In this document: piece after piece, positions 54,307 through 63,785 of the stretch
Position numbering within the stretch: position 1 is the first letter of the stretch
How the letters are laid out: each line of letters opens with the position of its first letter
NCBI GenBank assembly: GCA_000708835.1
Contig: DF237309.1
Coordinates: 12,862 to 76,861, forward strand
DNA from: Klebsormidium nitens
Taxonomy: Eukaryota > Plantae > Klebsormidiophyceae
Length of the DNA: 64,000 bases
Direction: 5' to 3'
The notes under the pieces: model-generated
What the model was told of the DNA's origin: nothing
Database searches by the model: none
The model's input: the letters and a program-made list of their open reading frames with translations, nothing else
Made by a program: the position numbers and the translations under genes

Positions 54307-55279
54307 TTACACTACGTACTTGCCCGGCCCCTTCTTAACCGGGAACCTCCACTCCCCCTGCCTCAGCTTGAGCATAAGGGCCCAGTCCGACTCCATCAGA
54401 GTCACCCTCTTGGCGTGAATGGCATAGAGGTTCGCCTCCTCAAACATCTTGACGAGGTAGGCCTCTGCCGCCTCCTGCAGCGCGTCGTACGCCTCTTCCG
54501 CAAAGCTGAACAAACAAGAGTCGGTTGACAAAGTGCAAAGTCGCGAGTTCAAGCTACGACGCACAAACTCCAACGGACAACAGCCTCGCTCGTCTTTCGG
54601 ATCCTATGCGCTCGCAAACTCAAACTGAAGACCTTGTTCCTATCCGGGGCACAAGAATAGAATAGCCCATCAACTTCATAAGAAAGTTGAAACCGCCCAT
54701 CAACAAAATCAAGCTTATGAACACAGCCCATCAACAATTTTATCTTTGACGAACCAATCAGTAGAAACATTATGACGACAGCCCATCAACTAAAATTGAC
54801 AGGCTGGAGTTATAATTCGAAGCTTCGCGGATGTGGCACAGACCTCTTTGTTGAAAATAACAACCTGATTCATTTGTAGGAATGTTCGCGCCATGATTAA
54901 AACCTGAGACACAACAAACCCCAAAACCTCTGTGGCTAATTCATCGACCACGGCGCAATGTAAGAATGCTCAACAACAATGCAGTCCTTTAGAAGGAAAA
55001 GGTTGCATGCAACACTTACTGCGTGACCACTCCTTTCTTCGGTTGCACCTTCTCCGAGTCCATGACCTCCTTGCACAACCTGCAGAACGCCGCCTTCTTC
55101 AGCAGCAGCTCGGATGTCTTCTGGTACTTTCTGATCTCGCGCAGCGCCACCGTCCCAGCCCTGTACTTGTGCGGCTTGATGACCGGGGGCGCCGTCATCC
55201 TAGGGCACTTCTTTGCGGTGGCCTTCCGCTCCCGAGCCACCCCTGTGCTAGAGCTTGGCAGCTGCTTCGTTCGCGCCAT
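54307..55279 (-). CDS. Divergent histone H3 variant, copy 2 (exons 55279-55020 and 54505-54307; 152 aa)
   Basis: Same structure as copy 1. [54 protein letters not shown]...[11 protein letters not shown]...AIHAKRVT; intact frame. Confidence 0.9.
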
Positions 55280-56624
55280 GCTTACTTGCGTCGGCGAAGG
55301 GTGCAAGTTGGCAAAAGGCTTTGCTAAAGCAAGGGCAAACGGGCGCCTTCGAAGAAACGACCTTTCAAAGTTATGGGGACATGCGGTTCGTCGGCTTCCG
55401 ATATGTCCACGGACCTCGGGCAGCCTGCGCTTCAAGACTCGAAAACAGCCTACTGCAGTCATGTGTTAGTGTCAACTCGTTCGACGAAGCAGAGTCATGG
55501 AGCNNNNNNNNNNNNNNNNNNNNNNNNNNNNNNNNNNNNNNNNNNNNNNNNNNNNNNNNNNNNNNNNNNNNNNNNNNNNNNNNNNNNNNNNNNNNNNNNN
55601 NNNNNNNNNNNNNNNNNNNNNNNNNNNNNNNNNNNNNNNNNNNNNNNNNNNNNNNNNNNNNNNNNNNNNNNNNNNNNNNNNNNNNNNNNNNNNNNNNNNN
55701 NNNNNNNNNNNNNNNNNNNNNNNNNNNNNNNNNNNNNNNNNNNNNNNNNNNNNNNNNNNNNNNNNNNNNNNNNNNNNNNNNNNNNNNNNNNNNNNNNNNN
55801 NNNNNNNNNNNNNNNNNNNNNNNNNNNNNNNNNNNNNNNNNNNNNNNNNNNNNNNNNNNNNNNNNNNNNNNNNNNNNNNNNNNNNNNNNNNNNNNNNNNN
55901 NNNNNNNNNNNNNNNNNNNNNNNNNNNNNNNNNNNNNNNNNNNNNNNNNNNNNNNNNNNNNNNNNNNNNNNNNNNNNNNNNNNNNNNNNNNNNNNNNNNN
56001 NNNNNNNNNNNNNNNNNNNNNNNNNNNNNNNNNNNNNNNNNNNNGGACTTTACAGTAGCTTCGTCACCTGTCCACATAATAATAGTAGCTAAGTAGTGCA
56101 ATTGTACAGCGACTTGTAATGTTTGCCACAGAATTAGTCGTGCTGGATCAGATGTAGTGACGTACACAAAGAACAGAGCTGCACTTTAGACAGATCATAA
56201 GTGTGTACACATTCAATGGTGTAATTGTGCTCGACATTGCAAAGATGCTATACAACCTTGTTCTCCTCATATATGTCACAGCATGCCAAGTAGCGCGCCA
56301 GACTCTATGCTCATTGGACATTTGGAGAACTGGACACGGTATTTCAAGTGCAAGCTCACATGGCGCGGGCCTTCCGGCAGCGGCTTGCAAAGCGTCTGTA
56401 TCAGATTGCGTGCGCCATAATGAGATACGGCAACATTGCCCACGCCTAGGGCGCGCAACATCCAATATTCAACCCCTGGCTTAGGTTTTAGGATCACATG
56501 CGCAGTATAAGTTCCCACAAGGAACAACCGTCTGCATTCTTGAAATTTCTGTTGTAAGCAGGTGGTGTTTGAAAACACCAGATTTTTAGCAGGAACAAGG
56601 TTGCGATAGTGCCTGCTTGTGCCC

Positions 56625-56743
56625 TCATATGCATGAGTCGAGATAGGCGAGCTCCTGGTTGCACACCGTGTCAATCTCAATCCCAAGCATTGGGTCACCA
56701 TCCACCTTGGCAAGTGACCTTTTCGCTCTGCGACGCTTCAGAA
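56625..56743 (-). CDS. C-terminal end of a second copy of orphan-family gene A (rest lost in gap)
   Basis: LKRRRAKRSLAKVDGDPMLGIEIDTVCNQELAYLDSCI* versus gene A ...AERSLAKVDGDPMLGIEIDVWNQELAYLDSCI*. Confidence 0.6.
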
Positions 56744-57282
56744 NNNNNNNNNNNNNNNNNNNNGAACTTTACAATAGCTTCGTCAGCTGTCCACATAATA
56801 ATAGTAGCTAAGTAGTGCAATTGTACAGCGACTTGTAATGTTTGCCACAGAATTAGTCGTGCTGGATCAGATGTAGTGACGTACACAAAGAACAGAGCTG
56901 CACTTTAGACAGATCATAAGTGTGTACATATTCAATGGTGTAATTGTGCTCGACATTGCAAAGATGCTATACAACCTTGTTCTCCTCATATATGTCACAG
57001 CATGCCAAGTAGCGCGCCAGACTCTATGCTCATTGGACATTTGGAGAACTGGACACGGTATTTCAAGTGCAAGCTCACATGGCGCGGGCCTTCCGGCAGT
57101 GGCTTGCAAAGCGTCTGTATCAGATTGCGTGCGCCATAATGAGATACGGCAACATTGCCCACGCCTAGGGCGCGCAACATCCAATATCCAACCCCAGGCT
57201 TAGGTTTTAGGATCACATGCGCAGTACAAGTTCCCACAAGGAACAACCGTCTGCATTCTTGAAATTTTTGTTGTAAGCAGGT

Positions 57283-57298
57283 GGTGTTGGAAAACACC
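57283..57298 (-). other. Conserved 6-bp-stem / 4-nt-loop hairpin downstream of orphan-family stops (also 56564-56579, 58990-59005; imperfect at 59366-59380)
   Basis: Sense-strand GGTGTT-TTCC-AACACC-ACC (A), GGTGTT-TTCA-AACACC-ACC (A copy), GGTGTT-TCCA-AACACC (B) and GGTCTT-TCA-AACACC-ACC (C1). Confidence 0.55.
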
Positions 57299-57343
57299 GG
57301 ATTTTTAGCAGGAACAAGGTTGCGGTAGTGCCTGCTTGTGCCC

Positions 57344-58003
57344 TCATATGCATGAGTCGAGATAGGCGAGCTCCTGGTTCCACACGTCAATCTCAATCCC
57401 AAGCATTGGGTCACCATCCACCTTGGCAAGTGACCTTTCCGCTCTGCGACGCTTCAAGATCATGTCTGTCGCAATAGGCTGAAAACCCCCCTTAATTTGC
57501 CATGGCGTCCACTTCTTGTACGGATACCAAGCGGGCAGCTCTGCCACCTTTGCCATGATCATGGCCTCATCCAGAGGGCCAAGACCTTCATCCTTGACAA
57601 ACTTCTGGACAGCTCGCCTCCATTTGGGGTGATGGGTCTTCCACCAATCGTCGTCAAGCTGCCTCCTCACTTTGTTGCCACCCCTGCGTCTCCATATTTT
57701 ACCATCTTTTGTCACTGTTATTTCAAGTGACTCACTGGTTGCAATGCTGAGGATTTCCCCCTCAACCCATTCTTTTTGAACGATTGGGCACTTTGCTACT
57801 TCATGCTTGCACGTCTCTTTGGCCTCCCTCAGCTTCTGTGCAACTGCCTTGCTATGCGCCCGTACGGGCCCGGTAGGACACGACACCCAGTAACGTGGGG
57901 CGGTACCAGGCCTTCTCCTCTTCCACGGTATGAGAATACCCGTACTGCGCGGCGTCTGAACGGGCGCGGCAGAACACAGCGAAGAAGGGGAAGGGAGACG
58001 CAT
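57344..58003 (-). CDS. Orphan basic protein, family member A (219 aa, intronless)
   Basis: Open ORF from ATG 58003, clearly paralogous to B and C (core EITVTKDGKIW...QLDDDWWKTHHPKWRRAVQKFVKDEGLGPLDEAMIMAKVAELP). Confidence 0.7.
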   Translation of the reverse strand: MRLPSPSSLCSAAPVQTPRSTGILIPWKRRRPGTAPRYWVSCPTGPVRAHSKAVAQKLREAKETCKHEVAKCPIVQKEWVEGEILSIATSESLEITVTKDGKIWRRRGGNKVRRQLDDDWWKTHHPKWRRAVQKFVKDEGLGPLDEAMIMAKVAELPAWYPYKKWTPWQIKGGFQPIATDMILKRRRAERSLAKVDGDPMLGIEIDVWNQELAYLDSCI

Positions 58004-58390
58004 GGCGGCTGATGTTTGGCGGACCGCCTTCACCTTGTCGCTCAAGTAGTAGAAGTATCCGCTTCAAGCTTTCAAGTTGATTCAAGGCATTCAAGTTCCA
58101 TGGCATGGTTGAGATGTCGAGGCGCCAGAGTTGGCGCCGAAAACGCTCAATCTGTGCCGTCCGTTGTGCCACGCTGGCAAAATCTGCTTCGTGCGATTTA
58201 AAAGTGTATGGAAAACTGCCAGCTTGGCACAACGGACGACCGAGTCCGCTGCCGCCAAGTTTGTGGGTATAATTACAAATTTGAAAATTGTTCAAAAGGT
58301 AGGTTGAGATTGACCAGTGCTCAGAATATTGAACTTCAAATCCCGTTTCCCTCCCCATGCTTGAAGGCGCCCCAGCAACAAGCAGCCGTC

Positions 58391-58942
58391 ATGCCTTTCG
58401 CCGCCCCTTTTTCTTGGACGTGGTGCCCCGCTGGGCGCATCCGTTCCTCAGTCAGCTCCAAGAAAGATGATGACCTGATTTCGAGAAGCTTCAGGGAGAG
58501 GACCAAGCACGAAGTATCTAAGAGCCTGCTGTTGCAAGAACAATGGGTAAAGGGTGAAATTCTGAGCATCACCACCACTGAGTCACTTGTGATCACAGTG
58601 ACAAAAGATGGGACAATCTGGGAACAGGTTGGCAACAAACCGAAGAAGCAACTTTCAGAAGCATGGTGGAAGGCCAAGCACCCCGCATGGAGGCGAGCTG
58701 TACAGCAGTTTGTGAAGGATAAGGGCCTTGGCCCTCTGGATGGGGCCGTCATCATGTCAAAGTTGGCAGAGCTGCCCATGTGGTTTCCACGTAAGGAGAC
58801 ATCGCTGCACAGGATCAAGTGGTTCCACGAGAATGCACGCCGCATGCTGCGTCGCAGAGCGGGCATGAAGGCGAATGAGCCGCTTCCCGATTACATCATT
58901 GTTGCTCTTTGCAAGAAGACACTCAAGGCAGCAAGCAGATGA
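58391..58942 (+). CDS. Orphan basic protein, family member B (183 aa, intronless), head-to-head with A
   Basis: KHEVSK...WVKGEILSITTTESLVITVTKDGTIW...WWKAKHPAWRRAVQQFVKDKGLGPLDGAVIMSKLAELP aligns to A almost without gaps. Confidence 0.7.
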   Translation: MPFAAPFSWTWCPAGRIRSSVSSKKDDDLISRSFRERTKHEVSKSLLLQEQWVKGEILSITTTESLVITVTKDGTIWEQVGNKPKKQLSEAWWKAKHPAWRRAVQQFVKDKGLGPLDGAVIMSKLAELPMWFPRKETSLHRIKWFHENARRMLRRRAGMKANEPLPDYIIVALCKKTLKAASR

Positions 58943-59402
58943 GTGCACAAGCAGACTTGACCTTCAAGGTCTCTCCTGCAGAAAAACCTGGTGTTTCCAA
59001 ACACCTCCTGTATGCATGATATTTCTCAACGTCGCAGACATTAGTTTTTCAAGGCGGAAACCCTCTGGACTGAACAGCTCAAATAAAGTCGCGTCTTGCT
59101 TAGTCGCTGCAACCTGCTTACATGTCAAGGACTTCCTAGCGCAGAGATTCCTTTTTTCCCAGATTCTGCTGATGCATAGGATCTTGCGCGCCACCACCTC
59201 AAGCATGCCAATGAGTGACTTTGAAGAGGTTGATCTGACGCACACAATCCAATGCAGGTAGAATCTGTATGGCTTTTGGAAAAGAAGCGCCCTCAATCTT
59301 CCTCACAAGGCTATAAATCTGGATAGGGTACTGGTGCACAAGTTGAAGATTTCCAAGAATTTGGTGGTGTTTGAAAGACCAGGGTTGTTGAAGCCGTTTT
59401 GG

Positions 59403-59867
59403 CTAGTCCTCATTGTCGAAGGTGCTGCTCAAGATCAGGCACGGGGTGGCACCCGCGCTGGGCACAGTCCATTTCACCGCATGGACGACCTTGCTGGGCA
59501 GCGTAGCCAAATCTCTAATCCCGGCCTGCTTGCGGAAGATGCTGTACACTTTCTTCCGGAAGTTTGCAGCACGATCAGCGGTTGCATCTTTTCTTGGCAG
59601 AATGGCCATTGAAGCCTTAATGATGGCCTTTTCCACATGACCGAGTTTTGTGCCCTTGGCAAAGTCATCCACAATGGAGCCCCAAAACCCGCGCTTGGTT
59701 TCGAACCATTTGGTATCCAGCACCTTCCAATGCTTGCCAGAGTTTTTGGACCTGAAAATGATCCCACGCTTGGTAACTCTGACCATCACATTCTGCTTAG
59801 TAAAGAACACCATTTTGGTTCCAGTTGCCGCCAATCGTTCCATGACTTTTGCAGTCTCTGGCTCCAT
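59403..59867 (-). CDS. Orphan basic protein, family member C1 (154 aa)
   Basis: ATG 59867 to TAG 59403. Core VRVTKRGIIF...VLDTKWFETKRGFWGSIVDDFAKGTKLGHVEKAIIKASMAILP. Confidence 0.7.
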   Translation of the reverse strand: MEPETAKVMERLAATGTKMVFFTKQNVMVRVTKRGIIFRSKNSGKHWKVLDTKWFETKRGFWGSIVDDFAKGTKLGHVEKAIIKASMAILPRKDATADRAANFRKKVYSIFRKQAGIRDLATLPSKVVHAVKWTVPSAGATPCLILSSTFDNED

Positions 59868-60078
59868 TTTGTTCCACTGTTCCGCTCTGGCTTACGGCTG
59901 CTAGGAATGAGGACCTAGTAACGCCGGGCGTCTTTCTTGGNNNNNNNNNNNNNNNNNNNNNNNNNNNNNNNNNNNNNNNNNNNNNNNNNNNNNNNNNNNN
60001 NNNNNNNNNNNNNNNNNNNNNNNNNNNNNNNNNNNNNNNNNNNNNNNNNNNNNNNNNNNNNNNNNNNNNNNNNNNNNN

Positions 60079-60540
60079 CTAGTCCTCATTGTCGAAGGTG
60101 CTGCTCAAGATCAGGCACGGGGTGGCACCCGCGCTGGGCACAATCCATTTCACCGCATGGACGACCTTGCTGGGCAGCGGAGCCGAATCTCTAATCCCGG
60201 CCTGCTTGCGGAAGATGCTGTACACTTTCTTCCGGAAGTTTGCAGCACGATTAGCGGTTGCATCTTTTCCTGGCAGAATGGCCATCGAAGCCTTAATGAT
60301 GGCTTTTTCCACATGACCGAGTTTTGTGCCCTTGGCAAAGTCATCCACAATGGAGCCCCAAAACCCGCGCTTGGTTTCGAACCATTTGGTATCCAGCACC
60401 TTCCAATGCTTGCCAGAGTTTTTGGACCTGAAGATGATCCCACGCTTGGTAACTCTGACCATCACATTCTGCTTAAAGAACACCATTTTGGTTCCAATTG
60501 CCGCCAATCGTTCCATGACTTTTGCAGTCTCTGGCTCCAT
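60079..60540 (-). CDS. Orphan basic protein, family member C2 (153 aa)
   Basis: Near-identical tandem copy of C1 with an in-frame 3-nt deletion. Confidence 0.7.
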   Translation of the reverse strand: MEPETAKVMERLAAIGTKMVFFKQNVMVRVTKRGIIFRSKNSGKHWKVLDTKWFETKRGFWGSIVDDFAKGTKLGHVEKAIIKASMAILPGKDATANRAANFRKKVYSIFRKQAGIRDSAPLPSKVVHAVKWIVPSAGATPCLILSSTFDNED

Positions 60541-61435
60541 TTTGTTCCACTATTCCGCTCTGGCCTACGGCTGCTAGGAATGAGGACCTAGTAACGCCGG
60601 GCGTCTTTCTTAGNNNNNNNNNNNNNNNNNNNNNNNNNNNNNNNNNNNNNNNNNNNNNNNNNNNNNNNNNNNNNNNNNNNNNNNNNNNNNNNNNNNNNNN
60701 NNNNNNNNNNNNNNNNNNNNNNNNNNNNNNNNNNNNNNNNNNNNNNNNNNNNNNNNNNNNNNNNNNNNNNNNNNNNNNNNNNNNNNNNNNNNNNNNNNNN
60801 NNNNNNNNNNNNNNNNNNNNNNNNNNNNNNNNNNNNNNNNNNNNNNNNNNNNNNNNNNNNNNNNNNNNNNNNNNNNNNNNNNNNNNNNNNNNNNNNNNNN
60901 NNNNNNNNNNNNNNNNNNNNNNNNNNNNNNNNNNNNNNNNNNNNNNNNNNNNNNNNNNNNNNNNNNNNNNNNNNNNNNNNNNNNNNNNNNNNNNNNNNNN
61001 NNNNNNNNNNNNNNNNNNNNNNNNNNNNNNNNNNNNNNNNNNNNNNNNNNNNNNNNNNNNNNNNNNNNNNNNNNNNNNNNNNNNNNNNNNNNNNNNNNNN
61101 NNNNNNNNNNNNNNNNNNNNNNNNNNNNNNNNNNNNNNNNNNNNNNNNNNNNNNNNNNNNNNNNNNNNNNNNNNNNNNNNNNNNNNNNNNNNNNNNNNNN
61201 NNNNNNNNNNNNNNNNNNNNNNNNNNNNNNNNNNNNNNNNNNNNNNNNNNNNNNNNNNNNNNNNNNNNNNNNNNNNNNNNNNNNNNNNNNNNNNNNNNNN
61301 NNNNNNNNNNNNNNNNNNNNNNNNNNNNNNNNNNNNNNNNNNNNNNNNNNNNNNNNNNNNNNNNNNNNNNNNNNNNNNNNNNNNNNNNNNNNNNNNNNNN
61401 NNNNNNNNNNNNNNNNNNNNNNNNNNNNNNNNNNN

Positions 61436-61897
61436 CCAGTCCTCATTGTCGAAGGTGCTGCTCAAGATCAGGCACGGGGTGGCACCCGCGCTGGGCACAG
61501 TCCATTTCACCGCATGGACGACCTTGCTGGGCAGCGGAGCCGAATCTCTAATCCCGGCCTGCTTGCGGAAGATGATGTACACATTCTTCCGGAAGTTTAC
61601 AGCACGATCAACGGTTGCATCTTTTCCTGGCAGAATGGCCATTGAAGCCTTTATGCTGGCTTTTTCCACATGACCGAGTTTTGTGCCCTTGGCAAAGTCA
61701 TCCACAATGGAGCTCCAAAACCCGCGGTTGGTTTCGAACCATTTGGTATCCAGCACCTTCCAATGCTTGCCAGAGTTTTTGGACCTGAAGATGATCCCAC
61801 GCTTGGTAACTCTGACCATCACATTCTGCTTAAAGGACACCATTTTGGTTCCAATTGCCGCCAATCGTTCCATGACTTTTGCAGTCTCTGGCTCCAT
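61436..61897 (-). CDS. Orphan basic protein, family member C3 (stop TAG reads as TGG at the gap edge)
   Basis: Third tandem copy. The apparent stop loss lies at the contig end and may be an error. Confidence 0.6.
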
Positions 61898-62430
61898 TTT
61901 GTTCCACTGTTCCGCTCTGGCTTACGGCTGCTAGGAATGAGGACCTAACGCCGGGCGTCTTTCTTAGAAGGGCCTAGCTGGTATTTGTGATACTTTAGTG
62001 CCTAGGTCAGAGTCGAGGTGACCCCATCACTTGGGCTGCTGACTTGCCGCTACCGAGATTCGAATTTGAAATGCATGCACATTCCGTCGAACTTCACGCC
62101 TACGTACCTACAATTGTACAGAGTATTGCGCTCCGTACGGCGTATAAGCGCAATACTTGTACGGATTGCGCTTCTGACCGTACAAAGGTCCGAGATGCGA
62201 TCGGCGCCGTACAATACGTGCAGCTTCGCGTGCAAATGTCGACGATTGGCCTCGCTTCGACTTCCGATGAATTTCAAGCCAAGTTCAAGCCTCGTCGCCA
62301 CTGGTTCGTCACGCGCCGTCGAAAAAATACCTGCAATGTCACGTTTTATGCACTCTCGTGCATGGCTTGCGTCCAGTCTCGTCCGTTCGAGTCGAGCCGG
62401 ACGACGATTACCCATGTCAAGATTAGCGAA

Positions 62431-63393
62431 ATGGCGCACACAAAGCAAACAGCAAGGAAGAGCACAGGAGGAAAGGCGCCAAGGAACCAACTGGCAACCA
62501 AAATAGCCCGGCTTTCAGCTCCTACTACAGCTCGCATCAATAAGCCGCACAGATGACGCCCAGGCACCAAAGCTTTGCGTGAGATCAGGAAGTACCAGAA
62601 GAGCGTTGAGAACCTGATTAGGACGCTTCAAGTTCTAGCGCCTTGTCAGGGAGATTGCTCAGGACTTCAAGACCGACCTGTGAGTCCTTGAATATCCCAA
62701 CATTGCTTTTCAAGATTCAAAGAGTGCTCTAGCATGGTTTTCAAGGTGATGGCGCCCCATCTCCTATAAGGTTTCGTTTGATCGCGGCATCGGAATGCAA
62801 GCGCCTGCTTTAGGGTTTTTGAGGTCAAGCTGCTGTTTACGTAGAGTTGATGAGGTTTGGAATCAAGCCCGTGCATGAAAGGCAAAGGCAGAGCCTCTGA
62901 GGCACACTGGGTGCAGGGGTGATCAACATTGTGCCCTGTGGCTGATTGGTAGTAGTCAGCCTTGTGGGTGCCCCTTGCCTGATTGGTGAGAATCAGCTTT
63001 GTAGGATCCCTGTGGCTGACAGCATCGGCCCTTATCTTCCGACACTGGTGTGTTTTTAGGGTCTACCGGAAGTTGGGCACCATTTGGGGGCCAGATCAGT
63101 TGCCTTCCCTTGAGGCCAAGGGGATGGCGCCAAGGTTCCAATACTCAGAGAAAGAACTGGTCTGTCGGAAAGCATGCTCCAGGCGGAAGTAGTAAGAGTG
63201 CCTTATGTCGAAATGACTTGTTTGCAGGCGGTTTCAGGCGCAGGCTATGCTAGCTATCCAAGAAGCAGCGGAGGCCTACCTTGTCCAGCTCTTTGAAGAC
63301 AGCAACCTGTGCGCCATTCACGCCAAGCGAGTGACCGTCTTGGCGAAGGACATGCAGCTTGCAAGAAGGCTTACGGAGAAGCTGGATCATTGA
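62431..63393 (+). pseudogene. H3: Histone H3 pseudogene (exons 62431-62679 and 63228-63393)
   Basis: [41 protein letters not shown] has a stop at Y41. A 1-bp insertion and a CAG>TAG change occur near RKLPFQRL. The remainder reads VREIAQDFKTDL|[37 protein letters not shown]. Confidence 0.9.
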
Positions 63394-63785
63394 AGCATTC
63401 TGTAGCTTTCAAGCAATTCTGCCCAGGTAATTGCTAGACTTGTGGAATGGAAGTCCCCTCTGTTGGATCCCACATATTGTCAAAGTCTTGTTTACCAACG
63501 CCTTAATCTTGTGGATGGCCATGCAAGATGTTGGATGATGAAACTATGTCACATCCGTTCAGAACCTTCCTAGAAGCAGCTTCATGGGAATAGATGTATC
63601 ATGGCAGTGCCAACCCGGGCAATGTGAATGCTTCATCGTGCTTGAGACAAGATCCAAATATAGAAGCATACATGATTGAGCTGTCAACTTGTGTTCTGCA
63701 TGCGAGCCGAGCCTGTCTCTATCAATAAGAGACAGATTCTAAGTCTGCGTGCTCATGGTCTTGCAGTTACAAAATTCTCTTCATC

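Larger units (their letters stand above)
51290..55503. repeat. Direct tandem repeat, unit about 2122-2124 bp, at least 2 copies (51290-53381, 53414-55503), bounded by gaps
   Basis: Near-identical sequence at a constant offset (52183/54307, 53157/55279). Each unit is a GCCG-rich block plus a two-exon H3-variant gene. Confidence 0.95.
56045..57460. repeat. Direct duplication (about 719 bp offset) of the 3' end and downstream flank of orphan-family gene A
   Basis: 56045-56743 matches 56764-57460 with scattered substitutions and one 3-nt indel. Confidence 0.9.
53382..61435. other. Assembly gaps: 53382-53401, 55504-56044, 56744-56763, 59941-60078, 60614-61435
   Basis: N runs, all located at junctions between repeat copies. 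Confidence 0.99.

Noticed and set aside
60473-61897. 474-aa and other very long ORFs in the ORF track at 55-62 kb
   Set aside because: Artefacts of reading through N gaps.
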